64,000 bases of DNA from Tetramitus jugosus (GCA_937625935.1 OW569347.1:310001-374000), one strand, 5' to 3'. Positions 38,518-49,154 are shown, counted from the first letter of the stretch. Notes: generated from the sequence alone by a model not told the origin. Made by a program: numbers and translations.

Positions 38518-41500
38518 GCGCAACTCTCAAAGTTGTATGGTATAACATCAGAGGATTAGGAAGGAAACGGAATGATGTTGTTGCCATGATGGAGTCGGTC
38601 CCTAGGATCGATGTTTTGATGCTGCAAGAGGCAATTTGCAAGAACGAGAAGGTCAAGTTGGCATTCGAAAAGCAGTTGGAGTATGCTGGGTGTGCATTGA
38701 TACACACCAACGCAGTTGACAGGGTGATGACTATTATCAGAAGAGATAGTATACATGAGTACCGAACGCTGGTGACGAACAATAGATTTCTGGCAGTAGA
38801 GGTTGCAAAGGGAGATCTGCGAGTCACGCTGGTCAACCACTATGGACCTCACAAAAAAGAAGAGGGAGGGCACCACTATGTGAAGGTCAACGAGCAACTG
38901 AGGGAGCTCTCATGTAGGGGTAAATTGTTGTTTGGAGGGGATCACAATACAGTGCTTGCTAGCACTGAAAGAACTTCTGGAAGGCTAGACGTCAATAGTG
39001 CGCATTTCAAGGCTCTAGTGGAGGGCCTCCAATTGAGCAATGTGAACACGGTGACAGATAGGCCCCATTTCCACACTTTCTTCAGAGGCGAGTTTTCTTC
39101 ACGCATTGACACGGTCTGGTGCAATCCATCTGCAACTGAAATAGTTAGAGATGTGGAGAGGTACACGGCTAATGGAGTAGAGCGATCACATACCTACTAT
39201 GGTAGATGTCTGTTGGACAAAAACGGATGAACAAGAGCCTACAGAGGCGAAAACGAAGTTCCCAAAGAGGGATAACAAGATGTGGGTGGAGTACTCTAAG
39301 GAGGTGGTAGGAAAACTCGATAAGGCCAACCTCTCGGGACTGGAGACAGAGGAACAATGCAGCAAGATCACTATGATCTTAAAGGAGTGTGCGGAGATGT
39401 TCCCGAAAAGAAAACCAATTACCAAAGGGGTTGATAATCGTAGAGTTAGGCGCTGGTTGAAGGACAGAAAGGTGTTAGTGGAGAGACTCTCCTCTCAGGA
39501 TACTGGAGATCAGAAGCTAAGGAGTGTTTGCCAAGCCTACAATGAGGACAGTACTTTGATAGGTGTGATAAAGACACTGAAAGTGGTTGAGAGGTTGATA
39601 CAAGTGGAAAGAGCCCGCCGGGCCAACAAGAGATTCAACAAATGGCTGTACAAAGCCAGAACGTCTGAATTTGTTGACCCTCGCTTCTTCTTCAATGCCG
39701 CTACAGGCAAGAAGGCGATGAGACTAAGGTTCAAGTGCTACAAGAGTGGGGAAAAGGTGGTCACTGAACCGGAGAAAGTGGCGGAACATGCTGCTAACTA
39801 TTTTGAAGAGGTTTTCGAGCAGGACTTTGCGAACATGGCCTTCCTTGATGAGATGAGATGTAGAACTGAAAATATGGAAGACAAATTTCCTCCTTTCAAG
39901 GTTGAGGAGGTTCAACAATCCCTGAAGTGGCTGCGAAATAACAAAGCACCGGGAGTTGATGGAATTTTCAATGAAATGCTGAAGTTAAGACACACCAAAG
40001 AGAGAGACTACAGGTTTGAGCTCGCTGAAACATTAATGGTATTCTTCAACAAAATACTGGAGACGGGGCAATTCCCAAGTGAGTGGAAGAGATGCATTAT
40101 CGTTCCAGCATACAAGAAGGGCTGCCCTATGTTGATAGCGAACTTCCGACCTATTTGCCTGTTGAGCGGACTGTCAAAGGTGTTCACACGGTTGCTGAAT
40201 CAAAGAGTGTCAGCTGCTGCCGAGATAATGGGTGTCTTTAACAACACAAGGCGGAGGCCGCAAAATGCGAGACATAAGAGAGAAACTGTCGATCATCAGA
40301 GGAGTGATCGACCACGCGAATAGGAAGGATAAACAGCTATATCTTCTGCTCACGGATATCTCGAAGGCTTTTGATAGCGTACCACATAATGCCGTCACGG
40401 CTGCCTATCGGTTTTTCAACTTCCCAGAGCACATCATCATGCTGGTCAGGAACATGTTGGAGTCGAATGTGGCAACCATCGGAACACACGTGCCTCCAGA
40501 CCAATCGACATCAACAGGGGTACAAGGCAAGGTGATTCTTTGTCTCCGACGACCTATGTGATTGTTCATCAGTTAGTGCTGCTGTATGCAAAACTCAGAG
40601 CAAGCGGCTACCAAGCTATGAGCCAGAAAATCTGGAACGTGGCTTCCGTAGATGACTGTAACCTGTTCAGTGATAAGCTGGATGATTTACAGACGATGGC
40701 CAATGATATGTACAGAGCACTCAAGTGGATAGGACTTAGCATGCACCCGGATAAGCTGGAGTTCTTCGCTAGGAAAGAGGACAAGGATCCGGTGACGATC
40801 AGAGTAGCTAACAGAGTAATCACTGCAAAGAACAGACACGCCGGCTTCAGAGCTCTTGGCCTCTTCACAAACCTCAATGGAGACACAGAGGCTCAGAAGA
40901 AACAAGCAAAGCAGAAAGTAATGAGAATATTGAATCGGCTGAGGATGCTGAGATTGGGACCTAGTCAAGCAGCTAGAATTGTGAACACTTGTGTGCATCC
41001 TGTATTTCTGTTCGCCTCGGAGTTCACCCACTGGCCTAAGAAGTGGATGAACGAGATAGAAGGTATTGGTCGCAAGGTAGTGAAACATGGATCAAATGCC
41101 ATGAAGAGATTCCCCTCAATGTTGCTATCAGTAGAGAGGGACAAAGGAGGAATAGGGCTCAATGATTTCAGAGTGAGTCTTACGTCCAAGATATCAGCGT
41201 TCATCGCGGGGATGCTGCATGGAAAAAGAGACACTGAAGCACGAACACTTCTGTTGGATACGCTTGATGACGTCAAGCACACACAAACGCTCATTCGGTC
41301 GAGCATTTTCCAATCCAACAATCGTCTTCGTGAGGCCAGGCATTCATACTTGGTATGGTGCGCCAAACTCCTCCACAGTGCGGAGGTAATCGTGAGCCAA
41401 AAGAGTGGTCACGAATGCGAGAAGTGCAGCATCGGTTGGCATCTCCCCTCAGGAGATGCCAAACTGCTCTTGAAGAGTGGAATCACGAAAACTCGCAACT

Positions 41501-42344
41501 TTTCGATGAGGATGGAATAATGGTCATTAAACTGGAGGAGGCCAAGAAGAAGTTCAAGCTGAAAGGAGTCGGTCCTGCAAGGTACTCTAGGATAAAGGCC
41601 TACATGGAGCTCCTTGGAAAACCATGTGACGAAAGTTGGAGGAAGCAGAGAGCAATGAAAGATGCCGTAGAAGTGACGGCAGATGGCAGTGTTCTCAGCA
41701 ATCCCAATGTAAGAGAAGGTTTGATGGAACATTTCGCGCAAGTAAGAGCTGAGTCTATAAAATCAGATGGAAACTGGAAGTTAGAAGCTGAACTGCAGAA
41801 GGATAAGGAGTGGAATGAGTTCTTGAAGTGCCCTTTCGGTCTAGAAAGAGGTGAGTTGTGGTTTTATCACCAAGTCCGGAGTGGCACTCTGCACACAAAG
41901 ACTGTAGTACGAGACCTGTATAAACCACTGATGAAGACCATGTGTGCTCATTGCAAGAGCGAACCGGAAACGATACTACACCTCTTGGTGGAGTGTGAAG
42001 AAACCAAAAGAGCAAGAAGCGAACTAGTGGAAGAATTCAAGGTTTCATTGAACAAACTGGAGTTCATGAGACCAGCCAAGCTCAATCTCTGGTTTGACAA
42101 TGCGGTGTATGATGATAGCAAAATGCGACCTCGTATCCCCAGTCGAACATCGGAAGAGCTGCTGGCAGGACTAATGGGTAAAGAAGAGGACCAGAAGGAG
42201 GTACTGATGAAGGAAATAGTAGTATATGGCCGCAAAAAGCGGGAAACAAAAGTGAAAAGATTGGTAAATGCAATGAAAAGATCTTGCATCAAACGAATGT
42301 ACAAAGTCTGGAAAGACTCGCTAGCGAAGAGACCTGCACAATAG
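38514..42344 (+). pseudogene. E4 ORF2: apurinic-type endonuclease, reverse transcriptase and CCHC zinc finger; frameshifts near 39180, 40245, 40500 and 41490
   Basis: APE motifs are WYNIRGL, LMLQE, NHYGP, GGDHN, SRID and SDH. RT motifs are KAPGVDG, NFRPICLL, DISKAFDSV, GTRQGDSLSP and SVDD. The zinc finger is CAHCKSEPETILHLLVEC. Confidence 0.92.
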
Positions 42345-42456
42345 CTCAGAACCTGCGGTTCTGAGCGACGACATGTCTCATAGTAGTGTATTGAATAAAG
42401 TGGCAACAACTGTTGTATGGAAAAAAAAAAGGTATTAGAGATTAGCGCAGGAGTGA

Positions 42457-42965
42457 TGGATGGTGAGCCTATGTGCTTCAAAGAGTTCAAGCAAGTGTAT
42501 CCCAACTGTACGCTGGGTGCACAGAGGCACCAGTTGTCTAGCACAGTGGGTAAGGAACTAATTAGCATGGGAGTGTCAGCTGACAGTTGTATCGACATAT
42601 GGTTCGATAATGTCAGAACGGAAAGATTGAAAAAAGAGCACTGCGGTGGACTAGCAGAGAGTATCTAACAGGTATGATGGGCATCGAAACGAGTGTCATC
42701 GAAGATATCACCAATGGATTGGTAGCCAGTGGAGTCAGAGTAGCAGTGGCCGTAAAAAAGCAAGAATTTATGTGAATGGGGTGAAACGGAGATGTCTCAC
42801 GACTCTCCTTCACCTCTTCACCACAACAAAAGCGAAACAACAATGACGCTCTGCGAGCGTCATTGAGAATTAATCAGGTGACCAAGGGTCATCGCTCTTC
42901 GAGCGATGGCCGAAGAAAACAAAAGACAATAAAGCGAGCAACCGAAATGGTTGTATAAAAACAAA
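42457..42965 (+). mobile_element. E5: short 5'-truncated, internally deleted family-B-related copy
   Basis: SREYLTGMMGIE matches E1 SREYLSGMMGIE. It has the same two 3' hairpins, ends GTTGTAT plus an A-tail, and has the TSD ATTAGCGCAGGAGTGA (42441-42456 / 42965-42980). Confidence 0.85.
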
Positions 42966-42978
42966 TTAGCGCAGGAGT

Positions 42979-44094
42979 GAAAAAACGCAGATGAAAAACG
43001 AACACACACCCCTGTTGTTCGTGAGTATGAGAATCCACGCTATGCTGTGTGGACCACAGCACCAAGAGGAACTGCGCCAAGCAGCAAGGAGGTCATCATC
43101 ACTGGAAAGTGTGATGACTCTCCCAAGGCTGCCTTGGCCAAGAAGATTGGCTTGGATTTTGGTGATTTGCTCACCAGGGTCCAAGTCATCAAGAAGGGCC
43201 CCAAGAGGTTTGTTGCGTGGGTAACTGTTGTTGATGACAACATTTACCCATTTGTTGAATCCTTCAACCGCAACAAGAAGATGAGTGGCTGCAAGGCAGC
43301 ACTCAAGCACAACGTAGATTGTGCCAAGAAGGTCGTCCTCCACGGTGTCAAAGGTAAGACGGAGGACGACATCAAGGCCATGCTTGGCACAACAAAGGTC
43401 AAGAACGTGCTCAAGAAGCACGACACCGCCTTTGTTGTGATGGAAACCGAAACGTATGCCGAAGCTTTGCTTCGGAACGTTCAATCCATACCAGTGGAGG
43501 TGGAAGCAAAGCGCTTCCTTCCACGCCCACGTGATCCAGTCAAGGCTGTCAGCAAGAGGCTGACCAAGATGATCATGCCGGAGTCCCATCCCGCCACTCC
43601 AACTACGGTCACAAGAGCCAACCAACAACACCATTGATGAGGATGCTCGTAACAGAGCAATCCTCGAGCTAGTATTGAACACCTCCGAGGTGTTCAAGAA
43701 AGTCAAGAAAGAGATTGCTGCCCGAGCAATCATGGTGGACCGTGCAAGAAGCACAGCCACCGAAGAAGATCCAGTTGAGTTGGATCTCAGTAACCCCGAC
43801 TGCGAGTTACAGAGTCCCCAACTCAACGAACACAAGAAGCGATGTTGGAGTTGGTGACACTGCTGCCAACAAGATCCCGGCCAGGTTGGCCAGTATCAAG
43901 TCAGATGCTCTCCGTAGGTCCTACCAACTGGCTAGGACTACGGAGCCATCTGACCTCACCAGTGGTGCTCCAGATGGTAGTGGAGGCCCTCGCAATCCCT
44001 GAAGAAGGGATCAAAACAACATTCCAAGAAGAGAATGAATCCTGTTGCGTAGGCCTTCCACTCCACTGAGCAAGCACCACAACATGTTAGACAA
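42979..44094 (+). mobile_element. E6: older copy of the ORF1-only element, 3' end lost
   Basis: Near-identical to E2 34551-35833 apart from indels, including a 168-bp deletion equivalent to 35131-35298. Starts GAAAAAACG. Confidence 0.88.
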
Positions 44095-45060
44095 AGCAGT
44101 GCTCAGTGGAGTGAACAAGGTAAAGGCCACGGTCACTCGGTACGTCGAGAGACCACATGATCCTCTCAAGGCTGTCAACAAGAGGTTGACAAAGATGTAC
44201 GAGGAGCTGCTGACGGTGGTTGACGGACTGCGTCGACAGGTCACAGAACTCACCAAGGAATTGGGAAAGACAAAGGGTCAAGTGGGCAACAAACCGGTTC
44301 CAATACCGGAACAAGAAGTTGCCCAAAGCCCTGCTACTGAGCTAGTGGAGCCACAAGAACACTTTGGAAAGGCGGTAAGCTGATAGTGCAGCCAAACCGA
44401 AAGTAGAGCAAAGAACTCCTCCTAGGTATGGCGGGTGTAGAGAAGGAAGTGAGTTGGATCAAATAATGAGAGGGATGAGGAAGATACCAAGTTGTAGTGG
44501 CCAAAAGAAAGGGCATATGGTGTGCAGTGCGGATGCATCACAACGTTCTAATAAATCTGGGGGAATGCAGGATGCACAATGTTCTCCTAAACCACTCGCT
44601 CGCACTATGATAATTGCTGATTGGCTAGATGTGTACCCAGTGCCATTCTCAAGAAGCTCCACAAGGTAGTTGTCACGAACCGCGGGTCGATCCTGACGAC
44701 AACTTTTTGTGTCTGAAGGAATTCGATCATATCTTCACCACTTGTCTTTCCTCTCGGTACATCCACCACTCATGGAATACTAAAATTTTCCGTACCTTGC
44801 TCCGATCTTGCATGTCTACAGTTTTTGGTTGACCAAGAAAGAAGTGCAAGGGTAGATGAGGACGAGTTGCTTTGGCCACAGCGGACAGCGAGTGTCAGTG
44901 GAGCAGATTTTAGCTTTCTCAAATACCCACTTGCTTCACTGTCTGCTCCGCTGTCCAAGGGCTAACACGAGTAAAAGGCAATTGGCAATGAAAGTGGGAC
45001 ACGAGCTCATGAAGATAGGAGTCCCAGACTCCATGCTATATCGATACTTGGTTTGGTGAG
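44095..45060 (+). mobile_element. E7: heavily deleted remnant(s) of a family-B-related element with ORF1 and ORF2 fragments
   Basis: RPHDPLKAVNKRLTKMYEELL matches E2 RPRDPVKAVSKRLTKMYQELL. FLCLKEF, FSFLKYP and LLHCLLRC..KRQLAMKVGHELMKIGV match E1/E5 ORF2. No poly(A) or TSD remains. Confidence 0.7.
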
Positions 45061-45108
45061 GTGAAAGGGAAGGAAAGATAATGAGGAGGGGCCTCTTTCC
45101 ATTTTCTT

Positions 45109-48100
45109 TTATTGGATCGAACACGTTCTAGATCGAGCTTTATCACTAGATTCTGTGGATGATTGGCCCAAAGGCTTCAGTTTATGGAAAAGTTCTTTCT
45201 TGATCAATTCTTCTCGCTGTCGTATCACTTCGAAATCGAATTGTTTGATCTGGAGCTTTAAGATTCTGATTTCATCTTCTTTCTTGCTCAATTCATCTTC
45301 TAGGGTAATGCATGTGTTCATCTCTGGAACGTGTTCTTGTCCTACACTTGCAGTAAGTTGGGACTTCATCTCTCCTCGCTCTTGGTTGATCATTCTTCTC
45401 TCTTCCTGCAATTGAAGCTCATAGCCTTGGAGAGCTAAATTCTTCTTCTCAATCTCTAGCTTCATTTCTTCAGAAGTTTGAATAAAGCCCTCCGTCTCAT
45501 CATAATTTCTCTTTTTCGTATCAGGAACTTTGTCATTGTGGCTCAGTAACTTAGAATTCTCTCGTTCTATCTGATATTCAAGTTGTTGGATAATCTCCTT
45601 TGAAAATCGGTTCTCTTGTCTCATCAGTTCGAGGTCGCTAACCACATGATCTCTTTCTACTTCCAGTATGCGAATCCTTTCAAGTAATTCATCAACATTC
45701 ACCTTCCTCTTCTCCTCGTTTTCCAAAAATTGCTTCTTTTGTTGTTCGTTTAGGACTCTCTTGGAATACACATAAATTACTAACATCTTATTCATCAAGT
45801 AGTTCAAGAAATCATTGGTAGCAACTTGAAAGAAGTATTCTCGTTTAAAGTTGAATATCTGGCTCGAGGATTCTCCTTGACAAGATACCTCTGTATCCTG
45901 ACTCTCCAGGTAAAACTTGTAACGGATGAGAACATCACGACAATTGTTTTTGGGCAACCCTACAATATCATCAACATGAATAGCAAAATTAACTGGACTA
46001 CCCGCTCTTTCGAGAGGATCCGAGAATATTTCAATATCAGCGCCTTCCTTCTCCGACCTTCCGTCCTGATCAAGTGGAGTAATACCCACCCTTATGTCCC
46101 CAACTCTTTGCCCTTGAAAATCTAAAATAGGGGTGTATGAACCAAATTCAATGTTGTGAGCTAGAGTTTTAAGGAATACTCTGCTCGTTCCTAGGAGATT
46201 GTACTTTTCCCACGCTTCCGGGTCTTCAAAAGGGTCGTAATCTATGACACCATTTGTTATTAGTGTTTCGATAGAAAAAGAAGTACCATTCTCGACAGTT
46301 TTCAAGTACTCCTGGTACACTTCCTGCATTACATATCTACGATTGGTTACTTCATCCATATTCCATGTTGTGACAACACCATTGAAATCAGAGACAACAA
46401 CCCCTACGTTAGATCTTGCTTCGTTATCTATTCCCTGCTCATGGAGGATCTTTAATTCGAATTTCTTGTTCTTACACAGTTTCGTTGAGATCAAGTTTGC
46501 CTCATTCACAACAGGAATCAATCGGGCTAGGTTCTCTTCTAACATTGACCTCTTTCTTTCTATCTCCATCTGTTCTTCAACATTCACTTTGATCTTTCTC
46601 TTTTCCTCTTCTAGTTGGTGTTGCATTGTTCTTTGCTTTTCTTCTAAGTCCTCTTTTTGTTTCTCCAATTGTATTTGAGCTAACTTTTGTTGTTCTTGGA
46701 TTTTACGAATTTCCTCGGCCGTGGTGTTATCCTTCTGCTTGGTACTTTCGAGAATTTTCTTCAACTCCAACTGTTCCTCTTGCAGGTTTTTCTTCAGTTG
46801 CTCTGCAGCTTCTTCCAGTTGTTTCTTTTCTTTTTTAATTTGATTCTCTCTTTCTTTTTGTTGCGTCTCCATTTCCCTTAATTTTGACTGAAGAGAGATT
46901 TCTTGCTCACTTGGTCCTGATGTAACATTAAACTGGGCCTGCATCAGTTCTTTCTGGGCGAACATCCAATCAATTACTTCTCTCTGTCCAGATGATTTTG
47001 TCCTTGTTGCATCTATTGGGTTCACTAACTTGAAAACATAACTCGATCCAAGTATTATTCGATCTCCATGCTTCAGAGTTACAGTAGATTTCGCTTTCCC
47101 TCCATTTACAAATGTTTCACCTGAACTCGGAGTTAGAACAAGTTTCATCTTTTCTCCTTCTTGTGTGACCTCAATTGCACAATGATTTTCTTCGATTCCT
47201 AACCCCTCAAGATATATAGCACTTCCCAATTTACTTCCCACAGAAGTTACTCCTTGTTTTATAGGATAGAGTAGCTGTTCACTCATGAATGCATCCTCGT
47301 TTAAATTAACAAGGTGGATATCTCTTTTTCTGTCGAAAGTTTCATCCTGTACGATACCTGCTTTCATTAGAGCTTGTATTCTAGTTTCTTGAAGTTCTTT
47401 TGTTCGCTCAGCTCTTTCTTCCGTTGTCATTTGTAATTCTTGGATAACACTCTTAGATTGGGACAGTTGTGCTCTCAACTCTTGAAGTTCTTTCTCCGTG
47501 TCTGAGTTTGGTTGCATCTTTGATGGATCAATTCCCTGTCTAGCAAGTCGTAGTTGATTCTCCAGATCAGAAACTTGTCCTTTCAATTGTCGGATAAGTT
47601 TTTCATTCTCATCCTCATTCACCTTTGCTACTGTCTTAATTTTCTTTGTTCGCGACGCATATTCTAAGGTCGAGAGAGTTTCGTTGAAATTGATACTTGC
47701 GGGACTAATGGCAGCTATCATTATTGTTTTAGAGTTGCCCCCAAGCATATTTTTGAGAATGAAGGTTAGTTTTGAGGATCGAAATGGTACGACAACCTTT
47801 TTCTTTTTGTTCGAGCAGTTTTCGGCCAGAGCTGATATACACAGTCCAAGGTTTGTCAGAGACAAGTTGATTTTGATTCCCTCCTTCGCTCTATCTCCTG
47901 TAGCTTCAGTTGATTTTTGTTTCTCTGCACCAGCTAAATCCACCAAACATATTGTTGACACTTTAATGGTCGGCTTCGATCCTTTTCTATGAGTCTTCTG
48001 TTCAAAACGAATTTGAAAAATGGTGTGTGCCCTGGATGATTTTGCATTCATTTTAGTTGCCCCAGTGGTTCTAGCTTTATCTCCATCTTCATTTAATTTC

Positions 48101-48962
48101 CTTATCTCTGCATAACTTCGGCAAACGTGTTTTGATAATCCTTGAACATACGGCCCCGTTTTTGGATCCTCTCTTACATCTAGTTCATCCTTCTTACCAC
48201 TCAAGAGATCCTGAATTCTCTCGTTATAGATCTCAAACATTGATGCTAAAATTGATACTGTGTTACTTCTTTCCTTTTGTTGTTATTCTCTCAACAAAAT
48301 ATTCTATTCATACCCTCAACTATGTACTCTGGAGGAGATTCAAATTCATCTGAACTCTCAAGACTTTTAGATGAAATCTGAGTGAAGATATCTTGACTGA
48401 GAGGATAGTTAGTTCTGAACATGTAACTGAAGGTACTTTAATTGACATACCTGACAAGAGGAATGATTCCAGGATCATCTGCGACTCCAAGCATACTATG
48501 ACTCTGTTCAGAAGTTAAAGCAACCACTTTGAATCAATCAATCATGAAGTGAAACATACCTTGCCAGAGCCTGTCTGGCCATATGCAAACAAACTTGTAT
48601 TATAACCCGCCCAAGCATTGAAAAGAACTCCTTTTCCAATGTCCTGAAAAACTTGGGTGTTGTTTGTATAATGAGAGTCCACCGGAGAACTGTCGAATGA
48701 AGGTTTGAACGACCAGTATGAGTAGTCAAAAGTAAAAGATTTTTTCAAACTTTCATCTCCACTCTCATGGTGAAGAATTGTGGTTGGTCCATCCTTGGAA
48801 AGTATACTTTCAGGTGAGATGAGACGACAACAAAGAATTCAACAGATCTTGATCTTCACATACCATTTCCACAATTAATTTACAATTATTATCTAACTCC
48901 CGTTGATTGAAAGGGCGAACCTTTACTGCCACCTTAACAGACTCTCCTTCTCCATCGGCCAT
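45109..48962 (-). CDS. Kinesin-3 family motor (motor, FHA, coiled coil, C2-like); four introns in 48246-48863
   Basis: Motifs VKVAVKVRP, FTFDYSYWS, AYGQTGSGK, EIYNE, SSRAH, LVDLAG, HLVNLNED and the FHA motif LKHGDRIILG. Exons join in frame. Confidence 0.92.
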
Positions 48963-49154
48963 CTTGCACTCTTTTTGATTTTGTCAGGGAAAAAGACAAC
49001 ATCTGTAAAGTGATTGGAGAAAACACACGGAGAAAATTAGCTGCTTTTTGGCCTCCATAAATCAAATAACACAACAACAACAACAAAAATTCATTGTTCA
49101 ATAGCAACAACCAACACTCCTAATATTCCCTAATATTTCACACAAATCACTGTG

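Larger units (their letters stand above)
37563..42430 (+). mobile_element. E4: full-length (~4.87 kb) L1/Tx1-like non-LTR retrotransposon, family A, frameshifted
   Basis: 5' GAAAAACG, ORF1, ORF2 with APE-RT-CCHC, 3' hairpin, poly(A) at 42421-42430 and a 15-bp TSD (37548-37562 / 42430-42444). Confidence 0.95.

Noticed and set aside
32809-42980. Recurring 15-16 bp repeats read as a CRISPR array or recombination (att) sites
   Set aside because: Spacing is 0.5-4.9 kb, each downstream copy follows a poly(A) tail, and there are no cas or recombinase genes. They are target-site duplications.
34551-44094. E2 and E6 as the two LTRs of one large LTR retrotransposon
   Set aside because: E2 has its own poly(A) and TSD and encodes ORF1. 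There are no TG..CA ends, PBS, protease or integrase, and the enclosed RT is APE-linked non-LTR type.
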